Sequence record: SRR31156797_2200
Strand: one strand, 5' to 3'
DNA: 64,000 nucleotides
Part shown: positions 33,137-43,174 of the stretch, in pieces
Numbering within the stretch: position 1 is the first letter of the stretch
Layout: every line of letters starts with the position of its first letter
Made by a program: the position numbers and the translations under genes
Notes under the pieces: model-generated
The model's input: the letters and a program-made list of their open reading frames with translations, nothing else
What the model was told of the DNA's origin: nothing
The model's database searches: none

Positions 33137-35248
33137 ATGAAATATCATGTCCAAAACGGTAAACCAGGCTTTAACTATACTTGCGATCGTGGAATCGATC
33201 GATTCATTGAGCTTTCAACTTATCACCTTCAGCTTAAAGATAGAGATGTCTTATCTGAGCTAATGATTCTTTATTGTCAAGGCAAGAGATCTGCATCTTA
33301 TGTGTCTTGGATTAAACGTATCAACAGTACACTCTATGCAACATTCGAATATATATGCATAGACTGCCTACCAACTAATGCCACAGAGTGGCGCGAATTA
33401 GTGAAGCAAGCGTATGCTAAGACACTAGTATCCTCAAACAACAAGGCGTTATCTACTCGTGTTGATGAGTGGAATAAGAACCTCAAACCTTTCTTAGTGT
33501 TCTTGAAGGATCGAGACGTTATACCTCCCCACGTGATTATCCCTAGAATGAAAAAGACAGGTGAACTTACTAAGAAAAGTAGCTTTAAGGCTGTGCTGAT
33601 CGGTGAAAAAAAAGCGACTGAAGTTAAAGTTGATGACACCATTAACAATGTCTTAGTTCCAATTTTTCTTTCTAGAAGTGATGTCGAATACCTTGATGAA
33701 ATACAGTTTGATTTGAAGCGTTCAAGGAATGCATTGCATGATTGCCTACTAAAATATTGGCAAGCTATTAAATTACATTATGACTTTGCTCAGTCTTTGA
33801 TGGAAGAATTCCCTAAAAAGCACCCCCAATTATTGGCTCGTTATATAAATAGTGACCTCTATGACTTTTCCTATGACCGGAATGACTTAGGAAAAGATGG
33901 AAAACCAAAACCTCCGCGTAGAAGACATATAGCCAATCCAACGTCATTATTTGGTTCAATGCTATTCATGTATGTAGTTGGTTCGGAATGTAATGGCATT
34001 TTTAAGCTACAAGACTTACCCAAAGCTAAATTACCCAGCTCATTATCAGATCAGGCATTCACCAGCGATGCGGTTAGATGCTTACCTAAGTTAGGTTTTG
34101 AATCTACTGATAATATCGATATTTCACATCGTTTTGATTGGTGTTTTGGTTACATTCGTAATGCTGATATTGGTTGTTTGATTGCACTCTTGATGATGCT
34201 AAACCCCAAATTTACCTACATATCATTGTTGCAAGCTAAGGTTAAATATACAGATAATAAACCTTTATTGGAGCTTGATGATTTAGGGATGTCGTTCTCT
34301 ATTACTAAAGCTCGCGCGTCAGATATGAAAAAAGAAAACCTTGATGACGTTAGCTTAGAGATCATTGAATTTCTTCATGAAATCCGTAAAAAACACCTGC
34401 ATTTAATAAAAAATAAGAAACAAGAAAATTTCCTATTTTTGGCTTACTCCCGAAAGAGTAAAGGACTAGTTAATCCTGACTCTTGTAAGGTGGATAAAAT
34501 CATAACAGGATCCGAATCTAAACGCTCAATTGAGCTAGGTCATAAGCAGATACACTTATCAAGCCACTTCCCTTCATTACTTGGTATTGGGTTAGGGCCG
34601 GGCGCCATAAATCACTCTAAGATCCGAGCGTCTGAAGGTGTTTTAGAGTGGTTCAGAACTGGTTCGATAGCTTCAGCTTCTCGAATTTTGGGAAACACAA
34701 AGAAAGTTGCTCTTAAGTACTATATTCCTGAGCCTTTGATCGCTCAATACAATACAAGATTAGTTCGACGGTTTCAGAATCTACTTATCGTTGCAGCAAC
34801 CTTCAAGGAAGATTACTGTCTTGAGGCTGTCGATTTTAATTCTTGGCAAGAAATACATCACTTTCTTCTGACGCTCCTAGAAGACGAGGGTAATAAAAGT
34901 CCTCTTATTGAGTATTTACGTAGTCTATCTTCGGAAGGAGTAAGCAGTGAGGTGAAAGGAACATTAGATGTTCCTCTTTCTGAAAATGTTCTGACTGCAC
35001 TATACCTATACCGACTAGCCGCACTAAATAGTTCGGTGAGTTCAAAGGATTTATCGATAGTAGACGATGCAACTCAGCTATCACCTCTTGCTTTTATTAC
35101 ACTTGCAAACCATCTCATCAATTTCCTTCCGACAAGTAAAGAATCACGCATTAGTCAAATACACATAAGAGCTACCGAACAGGCAACCAAGCTATTGAAT
35201 AAGACAAGCTGGGGCGATTTATTTGTATCTAAAGGGAAAGAGCAATGA
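33137..35248 (+). CDS. Large tyrosine-recombinase-fold protein with degenerate catalytic motifs (Tfp/GinB-like)
   Basis: C-terminal ITKARA, HSKIRASEG, RILGNT and LKYY; no clear first catalytic Arg. Confidence 0.65.
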   Translation: MKYHVQNGKPGFNYTCDRGIDRFIELSTYHLQLKDRDVLSELMILYCQGKRSASYVSWIKRINSTLYATFEYICIDCLPTNATEWRELVKQAYAKTLVSSNNKALSTRVDEWNKNLKPFLVFLKDRDVIPPHVIIPRMKKTGELTKKSSFKAVLIGEKKATEVKVDDTINNVLVPIFLSRSDVEYLDEIQFDLKRSRNALHDCLLKYWQAIKLHYDFAQSLMEEFPKKHPQLLARYINSDLYDFSYDRNDLGKDGKPKPPRRRHIANPTSLFGSMLFMYVVGSECNGIFKLQDLPKAKLPSSLSDQAFTSDAVRCLPKLGFESTDNIDISHRFDWCFGYIRNADIGCLIALLMMLNPKFTYISLLQAKVKYTDNKPLLELDDLGMSFSITKARASDMKKENLDDVSLEIIEFLHEIRKKHLHLIKNKKQENFLFLAYSRKSKGLVNPDSCKVDKIITGSESKRSIELGHKQIHLSSHFPSLLGIGLGPGAINHSKIRASEGVLEWFRTGSIASASRILGNTKKVALKYYIPEPLIAQYNTRLVRRFQNLLIVAATFKEDYCLEAVDFNSWQEIHHFLLTLLEDEGNKSPLIEYLRSLSSEGVSSEVKGTLDVPLSENVLTALYLYRLAALNSSVSSKDLSIVDDATQLSPLAFITLANHLINFLPTSKESRISQIHIRATEQATKLLNKTSWGDLFVSKGKEQ

Positions 35249-37443
35249 AGCCTATTAATGTTCATATCGGATCAAATCAAGCACATTTGAAAGCTGAAAT
35301 TGTAGATTTTCTTTCGGCTTTTGATGCTATAGATAACCTTGTTTATACGGAGTACAAAGCACAGTGGTTGCTTTCGGATATTCATGCTGAAAAGTGGGTT
35401 GTTAGAACATCAAAAACTAGAAAAAACAATAAAGAACGACTGAAAAAAACAGGAGAGATGTACCGTTATACAGTCAGTGTTAACTGGAATAGACGGTTGC
35501 CTGATGGAACAGCCCTCACGGATATAGTTAACCAGTCTTTCTTACATCAGTTACAAAAGTGGTTCTTTTTAATAGTTGATGATCCTATTAACCAAGAAAG
35601 AATGGCTTCAATATCGGTTCAGCATATGGGGTCAAGAATATTAACCTTCGTCAACTGGCTGTATCTTCATAAAGACAAGTTCGAACCGAGCAAACATGGT
35701 TTTTCTAAATTATCACAATCAGATATCAAATTGTTTTTAAAGGAAATTATATCTGGTGGCTCATTCGGCGCTCTTCGCTTTGGTCATCGTTTGATGGCTG
35801 AGATTGGTCTACATCTAGACCATCATGTTGATCCTTTGACATTAGATGAAAAAGCGATAAAAGAGGGCATTTCGTTTTTTGAAAGTAACGAGTTATATAG
35901 AGATAACGGCCATGGAAAAAAGGTGGTTGATAGACAAAGTTTCTATAAAAACACCTCTCTCTCTGCACAAGATGCCTATGGGCATGCTGGAACTTTGTTC
36001 TTTAGGCAGTTCGAGCCGGATCTACTTGAGCAAAACAACCAGGTCTTATTGCCAGTAAATCAATATACTGACTTTCCATCCCACCGAACCCCATTAATGA
36101 AAGATGTAAGAGGAAAAACATATACAGACATAACAGCAGTAGCGATTGTTACGCTTTTCCGAAAAGGTTTTCAGTATTGGGATATGTTTAAAGCTTTTTT
36201 ACCAAATCCTGACGCAATAAGGATTGGGGAGCTTTCAGCCTACATTTCTAGGATATCGACACCTACAAAGCACACACCTTGGATACCTTTAGAAACCAGT
36301 CTGCTTACTCTTAATAAGTCTATCGATATGATAATTAATCATGCAGATAACATCGTTCAGTTTTATGAGTCTTTGTTAACAGAACTTGAGATTAAGGGGC
36401 ACTTGGATAGAGACAATAATTACAACTACAAAAAAATTGATGTATTGAAATCACTGCTGCCTAGTGAGATCAAAAACCACTTTAATATAGTGAGCTTCTC
36501 TCGTCTTGATGAAGAGTTTAAAGAGTACTCAAAGAATAAAATGAATGGAGATCGAACCGGATTATCTTTTGTATGTCTCTTAGAGTTATTGAAAGCGTCT
36601 TGTTTTATTTTGATTGCGGGCTTGAAACCGATTCGCATGGAAGAAATTGTTCGCTTGCCATATAACTGTTTATTTCACAAAGAAGGAGACGGTTACTGGA
36701 TGGTTCATTCTCTCATGAAGTCTGGAGTGAATGACCAACTTCCTGAAACAGCTAAACCGATCCCTAAGATTACAGCAAGAGCGATTCAGACCTTACAAAA
36801 ACTCAACAAAATCACACAGAAATTTGCTTATGAAGTGAGTAAGCGGGAGTCGGGTTACCTGCTTTATCAATTAAATACAGGTTCAGATAATAGAATGGGA
36901 AGTATCCTCGGTTCAGATTTGATCATTGGAGCTCTGGAGCGATTTTGTGATTACTATCAGACGACTGTCGATGAGTATGGTCGACGTTGGTATATTAATG
37001 TTCACGAGATGAGGAAAACATTTTTACTGACATTCTTTTGGTCTTTTAAACATTCCTCAATCGATGCATGCCGATGGATCGCAGGTCATGCTAACTCAGA
37101 ACATATCCTTTCTTATATTGAATCCAACAGTCCAGGCTCTGAAATGACAGAGATTGAAGCTGATTATGCTCGTCAACAAGTCACCTACTTTCATGAACAA
37201 AGTTCTTTACTTGAAATGGAAAATACAGAGGAACTATATAGGCTTGTTTGTGAGCACTTTAAGGTTAAAGATTATACATCAATCCCTGAGGATGATCTTG
37301 CAGCCTACATAGCGCTTCGCTTGAGAAAAGGTAAGTTTTCGATTGTTTTCTATAGTATTATTGAGCGTAATGGCTTGATTGAAAAAGCAAAAGTTGCTTT
37401 CCAAGTAACCAAAGGTGATGAGGAGGAAAGTAATGTTAAATAG
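35245..37443 (+). CDS. Large tyrosine recombinase (IntB/GinC-like)
   Basis: Full motif set PIRMEE (R), MKSG (K), HEMRK (HxxR), IAGH and LSYI; start overlaps the previous stop (ATGA). Confidence 0.8.
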   Translation: MKPINVHIGSNQAHLKAEIVDFLSAFDAIDNLVYTEYKAQWLLSDIHAEKWVVRTSKTRKNNKERLKKTGEMYRYTVSVNWNRRLPDGTALTDIVNQSFLHQLQKWFFLIVDDPINQERMASISVQHMGSRILTFVNWLYLHKDKFEPSKHGFSKLSQSDIKLFLKEIISGGSFGALRFGHRLMAEIGLHLDHHVDPLTLDEKAIKEGISFFESNELYRDNGHGKKVVDRQSFYKNTSLSAQDAYGHAGTLFFRQFEPDLLEQNNQVLLPVNQYTDFPSHRTPLMKDVRGKTYTDITAVAIVTLFRKGFQYWDMFKAFLPNPDAIRIGELSAYISRISTPTKHTPWIPLETSLLTLNKSIDMIINHADNIVQFYESLLTELEIKGHLDRDNNYNYKKIDVLKSLLPSEIKNHFNIVSFSRLDEEFKEYSKNKMNGDRTGLSFVCLLELLKASCFILIAGLKPIRMEEIVRLPYNCLFHKEGDGYWMVHSLMKSGVNDQLPETAKPIPKITARAIQTLQKLNKITQKFAYEVSKRESGYLLYQLNTGSDNRMGSILGSDLIIGALERFCDYYQTTVDEYGRRWYINVHEMRKTFLLTFFWSFKHSSIDACRWIAGHANSEHILSYIESNSPGSEMTEIEADYARQQVTYFHEQSSLLEMENTEELYRLVCEHFKVKDYTSIPEDDLAAYIALRLRKGKFSIVFYSIIERNGLIEKAKVAFQVTKGDEEESNVK

Positions 37444-37942
37444 AAAAGCTCAGTCAGTCATTAATCTATACAGTGAGATGAAAAAAGCTATCAATGACAA
37501 CTCTAATACTTATACATGGCTAATCTCGAAATGTGATCGTCAAGAAAGCCTTGCCAATCTTAAGCGTAAGGGAAGAGGCATTGAAGGGATGTCTCTGAAC
37601 TCCTTCAAGAAGTATTGTACAGACTATATTCAATGTGAAGGGAACCTCAATGGTTATGAAGTCGTTGACAACCTTAGAAAGGAGCTAATAAAAAGGCATA
37701 AAAATATCCCTTTAGAGTCAAGTAATGAAGGACCAAACCTGACACCGATGGAGGAAGCTAAGCAACATATTGATAACTTGCAACGCGACCAAGCTATTTT
37801 GGTTAGGGCTTATAACGACCTTAATCGTTTAGTACTTGATTTACTTGCAAACTCGAATGGAAATGCTCTTGAATACAACAAGCATAAAAACTTGTATGCA
37901 GATTATTTCGGGTTAAAGAAAGAGGTTGATAATGAAAAATAA
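37433..37942 (+). CDS. Small accessory protein with C-terminal coiled coil (Srap/GinD-like)
   Basis: ~169 aa, overlaps both neighbours; SLNSFKKY and VDNLRKEL; ATG at 37433 after GGAGG. Confidence 0.6.
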   Translation: MLNRKAQSVINLYSEMKKAINDNSNTYTWLISKCDRQESLANLKRKGRGIEGMSLNSFKKYCTDYIQCEGNLNGYEVVDNLRKELIKRHKNIPLESSNEGPNLTPMEEAKQHIDNLQRDQAILVRAYNDLNRLVLDLLANSNGNALEYNKHKNLYADYFGLKKEVDNEK

Positions 37943-39428
37943 AAGTCAACTATACACCTTTATTTCTGATGTGGAGTTTCCTTCAATACTTCGTTTTGAT
38001 GAGAGCTCAGGTGAAGTCTTAACAAATAAAGATATATCTGAGGGTATTTACCAGTTTCGTTGGCCTGATGGAACAACTTGCTTTCCTGTTGAAATGTATC
38101 TTGCACACTTAGTTTCTGAAGGTGCAGTAACAATTACTCGAGAAGATGGGGGGACAGTTGGCACTTATGCCTCTGCACTATCTCATCTGGTCCGTTATTG
38201 TTATAAGAAGAACGTTGAATTTTGGGATCTAACAACAATACATATCGATGAGTTAGTCAGTGAGTTGGTTGCTGAAAAGAAATCGGATGGGTTAACGCGT
38301 GCACGTAACAACGACACTATTAGGCTTATAATTCTTCCTAAGTTTGTAGCCTTTCTGAAATGGCTTCAAGCTGAGCATTACCCAACTCAATACATTATCG
38401 GTGTTGATAGACCAAAGCAAAGGTATCAAGTTAAGCTCAAAATAATTCAAAAAAGAGGCCGGGAAGGTCGAAATTTTGGACCGTCCGAAGTTTTTCCTAC
38501 ACGTTTACCAACTTCAGCAACGAAGCCAAAAACCGCTATTGCCGCCTCTGTCATAAAGAGGTTATGGGATACATTGAATTGCGAAAGGGGTGTGATGCGG
38601 CTAAATGACCATTTACTTCAACTTTTTGACAAGGAAGACCAAGAAGCTCACCTTGATTATATGTACCACAGAAGGCGCATACAACTTGAGTTGCTTGAAG
38701 CTACAGGGCTAAGACCAATAGAACTAGTTCGTATTCCCTATAGTTCAAATGTAGAACACATTGAAGGAGCAAGGCTTGAAATTCCTACATACAAACGTGA
38801 AGAGGCACGATTTCGCGTAATTCCTCTAGAGCGTAGTGTTGCGATGAGGCTTGATTTATTCATGTCTCTTCATCGTCAGAATCTCATAAAACGCCTGCTG
38901 AAGTATGAGCTAATATCTAGTGAGTCTGAGATAGATGATGTCATTTATCTTAATCCAGAAACTGGTAAGTCAGTAAAGCAATCAGCAGCTTATATGGACT
39001 TCAGAAGGTTAAGCAAGCGTGCAAATATCGAGACAAAAACTTGTCAAAGTATGTTTAGGCATCGCTTTATTACCAATATGGTTAAACTACATCTAGTTTC
39101 TTTCATGGACAAGAGCCCACTGAAAAATGCACATAACTTCAACGATAAAGACTATGAAACAATTCTAAAAAAGGTAGCTACCTTTACAGACCATAAGGAC
39201 CCCAAAAGCTTAAATGAGTATATTGATTTAGCATGGGAAGAACTCGATGTATTTGAATATGCTTATGAAGTCAGAAACTTACATAATCGTTTTGATGCAA
39301 TATCGAAACTGGTGAGTGATGCTAGAGCGCAGATAAAGAAGCTAAATTATAGTGAAGCTGATTTAAAACCTATAATAGACAACCTGAATGCGATTGAAGA
39401 AGAGTCGAACCTTCTAGTTGATAAGTAA
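37932..39428 (+). CDS. Tyrosine recombinase (IntA/GinA-like)
   Basis: TGLRPIEL, PTYK, SMFRHRFIT, TDH and NEYI motifs; SAM-like TVGTYASAL region. Confidence 0.85.
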   Translation: MKNKSQLYTFISDVEFPSILRFDESSGEVLTNKDISEGIYQFRWPDGTTCFPVEMYLAHLVSEGAVTITREDGGTVGTYASALSHLVRYCYKKNVEFWDLTTIHIDELVSELVAEKKSDGLTRARNNDTIRLIILPKFVAFLKWLQAEHYPTQYIIGVDRPKQRYQVKLKIIQKRGREGRNFGPSEVFPTRLPTSATKPKTAIAASVIKRLWDTLNCERGVMRLNDHLLQLFDKEDQEAHLDYMYHRRRIQLELLEATGLRPIELVRIPYSSNVEHIEGARLEIPTYKREEARFRVIPLERSVAMRLDLFMSLHRQNLIKRLLKYELISSESEIDDVIYLNPETGKSVKQSAAYMDFRRLSKRANIETKTCQSMFRHRFITNMVKLHLVSFMDKSPLKNAHNFNDKDYETILKKVATFTDHKDPKSLNEYIDLAWEELDVFEYAYEVRNLHNRFDAISKLVSDARAQIKKLNYSEADLKPIIDNLNAIEEESNLLVDK

Positions 39429-39531
39429 CTAGGTGTGTTGATACCTGCGTGAGCTTGTTGCTGGTGAATGCCTTTTTCCGTACTATGTCGCTCTTTTATT
39501 TATCACTTCATAGCCCTAAGAGTCTTATTTC

Positions 39532-40728
39532 ATGTCAGCTATTCAGTCAGATGTTATTGTTATTGGAGCAGGCGCTGCCGGTTTAATGTGCGCAGCTAGT
39601 GCAGGTCAACGCGGGCGTTCAGTTCTTGTGCTTGATCATGGTAAACGGCCTGGTCGTAAGATTCTTATTGCTGGAGGTGGGCGTTGTAACTTTACCAACT
39701 ATGATGTCACAGCAAAAAACTTTTTAAGTCAAAACCCCCACTTTGTTAAATCTGCACTGGCTCAATATACCAATTGGGATTTCATTTCGATGATCTACAA
39801 GCATGGTATTGAGTTTGAAGAGCGTGATCATGGGCAATTGTTTTGTGTTAATGATCATGACTCGAAAGATATCGTAAAAATGCTAATTAATGAGTGTGAT
39901 GAAACTGGTAATGTGAAATATAAGTACCAATGTGAAATTACTTCAATTGAACGTGTAGCAGATAACAATTTTAAAGTAGAGACTTCCAATGGAATTTTTA
40001 ATTGTAAGTCTTTGGTTATCGCAACGGGTGGACTTTCAATGCCACGTTTAGGTGCAACCCCTTTGGGCTGGAAAGTCGCTGAACAGTTTGGTTTAGGGGT
40101 TGTTTCCCCTCAAGCAGCCTTGGTACCGTTCACATTAGATGGTCGAGAAAAAGGGTTAACAGAATTAACTGGAACTGCTCTCCCTGTCCGAATTAGCTGC
40201 AACAATCAAGAGTTCCTAGAAGCTCTTTTATTTACTCACCGAGGTATCTCTGGCCCATCAGTATTGCAAATTTCTTCGTATTGGAACTCTGGCGATGTAG
40301 TTCAAGTTGATTGGCTACCTGGTTTGAACGCTATTGAACTGATTGAAAAAGCAGCAGAAAACAACCCTGCACAAGAGATAAAAACAACGCTGTCTAAAGT
40401 ATTACCTAAACGCCTTGTCGAGTATTTTATCGAACTTAATGTGTTTGAAAATAAACCACTTCGCCAATTGAATAAACGGGAGATAGAGAATATTAGCTCT
40501 GCTCTTCACTCTTGGGAAATTAAACCTAATGGGACTGAAGGGTATAGAACAGCAGAAGCGACCATTGGTGGTGTTGACACCAATTATTTATCGTCTAAAA
40601 CAATGGAAGCTAGAGATATACCAGGGCTTTACTTTATTGGTGAGTGTGTTGATGTGACAGGTCACCTTGGAGGGTTTAACTTCCAATGGGCTTGGTCGTC
40701 TGGTTGGGTCGCAGGCCAAAACGCATAA
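39532..40728 (+). CDS. yhiN: Island-borne intact yhiN/RdsA homolog (398 aa)
   Basis: Full motif set GAGAAG...GGGRCNFTN...NGTEGYRTAEATIGGV...GGFNFQWAWSSG; clearly divergent from the host copy. Confidence 0.93.
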   Translation: MSAIQSDVIVIGAGAAGLMCAASAGQRGRSVLVLDHGKRPGRKILIAGGGRCNFTNYDVTAKNFLSQNPHFVKSALAQYTNWDFISMIYKHGIEFEERDHGQLFCVNDHDSKDIVKMLINECDETGNVKYKYQCEITSIERVADNNFKVETSNGIFNCKSLVIATGGLSMPRLGATPLGWKVAEQFGLGVVSPQAALVPFTLDGREKGLTELTGTALPVRISCNNQEFLEALLFTHRGISGPSVLQISSYWNSGDVVQVDWLPGLNAIELIEKAAENNPAQEIKTTLSKVLPKRLVEYFIELNVFENKPLRQLNKREIENISSALHSWEIKPNGTEGYRTAEATIGGVDTNYLSSKTMEARDIPGLYFIGECVDVTGHLGGFNFQWAWSSGWVAGQNA

Positions 40729-40731
40729 GAC

Positions 40732-41058
40732 TTATTTACTTTCAATATCTTGAATATTTTCACCTATAAGGCTGATGAGCTTCTGCTTTTCAGCCTTACT
40801 CATTTTTGCTATCAGGCAAACTAGTTCTGCTGAGCTTTCATCCTCACAAAAAAAGTAGTTTAAAGGTACGCCAAGTTCGTCAGCCATTTTCTTTAATGTA
40901 CTGATATCTGGAGTGTGCTTCCCTTTTTCATACTGATTCATTCGCGCACTAGCCGAGCTTTCATCGATACCAATACGCACCCCCAATTCTTTTTGGGAGA
41001 TCTTTGCTTTTTTGCGAACTTCTTTGAGCCGCACAGGAATAGGGTTGTCGATCGACAT
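40732..41058 (-). CDS. XRE-family HTH regulator
   Basis: RLKEVRKKAKISQKELG..ASARMNQYEKGKHTPD. Confidence 0.9.
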   Translation of the reverse strand: MSIDNPIPVRLKEVRKKAKISQKELGVRIGIDESSASARMNQYEKGKHTPDISTLKKMADELGVPLNYFFCEDESSAELVCLIAKMSKAEKQKLISLIGENIQDIESK

Positions 41059-41086
41059 TTAGAATTCATATTAATAGGCTCTATGT

Positions 41087-41140
41087 AACTAAGATTTTCT
41101 TAGTTTTACTGATTTCTGTATACTAAGCAATCCTTAGTAT
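41087..41140. promoter_or_regulatory. Twin palindromic operators ACTAAG-N5-CTTAGT
   Basis: AACTAAGATTTTCTTAGTT (41087-41105) and ATACTAAGCAATCCTTAGTAT (41120-41140), between divergent genes. Confidence 0.75.
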
Positions 41141-41162
41141 TTTTGAATGGTGTAGGCAGTAA

Positions 41163-41693
41163 GTGAAACGTTCTACTAGAATCAGTGCGGTAATGTTTAA
41201 GCTGTTGATTGAAAAAAGAATGGATGGTTTTTCTGTTATAGAGGCAAGGGATGCTTCATTAAATGATGGGGATGGTACACAAAACCTTGATGAAGCTCGG
41301 AAGAAGGTTTATCGGCAAATATGGCAATACCAACAAAGGGGGTGGTTGCGCAGTGAAGGAGAAGGAAGAAACAAAAGATACTTTCAAACTGAGCAATTTA
41401 TGGATCTTGAAGCCGCGCCCCGAAGAAAAGCTGAACGAGAAGCTTCTAAAAAACAGGCTACACCGGATTATTCCGTGTTATTTCGAGAGAGTAACGAATA
41501 CAAAGGTGAATTGGAGGTCGTGCTTGGTGAAATAGATGAATATCAATCATTGAGGTGCCGTTTCCCTGAGCTCGAGAGTCGATTAATGCCATTGTTACAA
41601 CATGCAAGAGAACGCTCAGCGCACTTGCTTGGAAAGATGAATGGATTAGAGAATGTTCTTAAAACTCTTTCAGAAGGCAACCAACCGTGTTGA
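41163..41693 (+). CDS. Hypothetical protein, probable winged-helix N-terminus plus coiled coil
   Basis: ARKKVYRQIWQYQQRGWLRSEG; heptad-like C-terminus; overlaps the helicase start. Confidence 0.65.
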   Translation: MKRSTRISAVMFKLLIEKRMDGFSVIEARDASLNDGDGTQNLDEARKKVYRQIWQYQQRGWLRSEGEGRNKRYFQTEQFMDLEAAPRRKAEREASKKQATPDYSVLFRESNEYKGELEVVLGEIDEYQSLRCRFPELESRLMPLLQHARERSAHLLGKMNGLENVLKTLSEGNQPC

Positions 41694-43066
41694 GGCAGTG
41701 GCAGGTTGAATGTTCTGAACATGCGTTGCAGAAGTTTAGAGAAAATCGACAACACTTCTTTTGCCAAGCAACACCTGGTTCTGGAAAAACGGTGCTTGCT
41801 GCAACTGTCGCATCAAGGTTACTTAATGATGATATGGTCGATCTTGTATTGTGCTTCTCTCCATCTTTAACTGTTTCTGAGGGAATCAAAAAAACCTTTT
41901 CTCAGACTCTTAATTGTACCTTTAACGGTGGCCTAGGCTCTATTGGGCAGTCGTTAACATATCAATCCATTCAATTCCTTAACGATGAATTTTGGGAGAC
42001 GTTACGTAATCATCGAGTGTTTGTTGTATTTGATGAGATTCACCATTGTTCTGGGACTGAGCTTGAAAATGCTAACGTCTGGGGGCAGCAAGTGCTCACT
42101 AAGATTCAGGGACTAGCGACTTATACTCTTGCGATGTCGGGGACTCCGTGGCGCTCAGACTCTTTACCTATTGTTATGGGGGAATACAGTGACCCAGACG
42201 GACAGCTACTTGTCGACTTCCAGTACACCCTTAAACAGTCTATTGATGATGGTGTTTGTAGAGCACCTAATATTGTATTGGTCGATAATGAGCAATTGTC
42301 TGTCTGTAGTAGCGAAAACGTAGAGTCATTTTCATCGATCTTAGAGATGCTTAAACAAACGAAAGCGTCTTATCAGAGTGTGATACATAACCAAGAAGCG
42401 ATGGAGTATTTACTCGGTTTAGGATGTGACCGGCTAGCAAAGGTACGTATTGACGCTTCCAATGCCGGTGGATTAGTTGTTGCAGCGTCGGTTCAACATG
42501 CTCAAGTTATCAAAGATATACTTTCTTTAAAGTTTGGCCAAACCGTTTCAATTGTCACTTATAGACATGAAGAACCACTCGCAGAAATAGACCGCTATCG
42601 ACAAAGTGACTCTCAATGGATTGTTAGTGTCGGAATGATAAGTGAGGGGACAGACATACCTAGACTCCAAGTGTGTTGCCATATGAGTTCTGTCAAAACG
42701 GAATTATATTTCAGGCAAGTACTAGGACGTATTCTTCGTATCGACTCTTCCATGGCTCAGCAAGCATGGTTATTTACGTTTGCGGAACAAAACCTCATTC
42801 AGTTTGCAGAGCGAATTGAAGATGATATTCCAGAATCTTGTATCTATGTGAATATGGGAAAACCAATGGAGACAGAGCTAGTTAATCGGCAGAATACTTT
42901 AACTGCTAAGCTTTCGAAAGAGCCTCTAAATAGTATCGACGCAACAGTATCCTGGGAAAGCCGTAGGGGCAATTCAAACAACCCTTACGGGACACTAGGG
43001 ACGTTTGATGAATTGCGGCTTGGTGCATTTAAACAGAGAGTGATTTCGGCTTTTACATCCATGTGA
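41687..43066 (+). CDS. Superfamily 2 (ResIII/DEAD-like) helicase
   Basis: ATPGSGKT, FDEIHH, MSGTPWRSD, MISEGTDIP and QVLGRILR motifs. Confidence 0.88.
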   Translation: MLRQWQVECSEHALQKFRENRQHFFCQATPGSGKTVLAATVASRLLNDDMVDLVLCFSPSLTVSEGIKKTFSQTLNCTFNGGLGSIGQSLTYQSIQFLNDEFWETLRNHRVFVVFDEIHHCSGTELENANVWGQQVLTKIQGLATYTLAMSGTPWRSDSLPIVMGEYSDPDGQLLVDFQYTLKQSIDDGVCRAPNIVLVDNEQLSVCSSENVESFSSILEMLKQTKASYQSVIHNQEAMEYLLGLGCDRLAKVRIDASNAGGLVVAASVQHAQVIKDILSLKFGQTVSIVTYRHEEPLAEIDRYRQSDSQWIVSVGMISEGTDIPRLQVCCHMSSVKTELYFRQVLGRILRIDSSMAQQAWLFTFAEQNLIQFAERIEDDIPESCIYVNMGKPMETELVNRQNTLTAKLSKEPLNSIDATVSWESRRGNSNNPYGTLGTFDELRLGAFKQRVISAFTSM

Positions 43067-43123
43067 GCGGGGTTGCACTGCTTGGGCTAGGTTTATTAAT
43101 TATAGGTGCGTAGAGGTGACGAA

Positions 43124-43153
43124 ATGAACTACTTTACAGAGGCCCCTTTCTAG
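43124..43153 (+). other. Putative 9-aa leader ORF MNYFTEAPF*
   Basis: SD-like GAGGTG upstream; overlaps the 5' arm of a hairpin that pairs with the SD of the 43175 gene. Confidence 0.5.
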
Positions 43154-43174
43154 GTGATGTAACCTGGAGGGGAA

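Noticed and set aside
33137-39428. Prophage, ICE, RIT or Gamma-Mobile-Trio assignment
   Set aside because: No virion or conjugation genes are present. The four-gene layout with three large YR-fold proteins fits SE/GInt better than three ~300-400 aa RIT integrases or a three-gene GMT core. Not confirmed by search.
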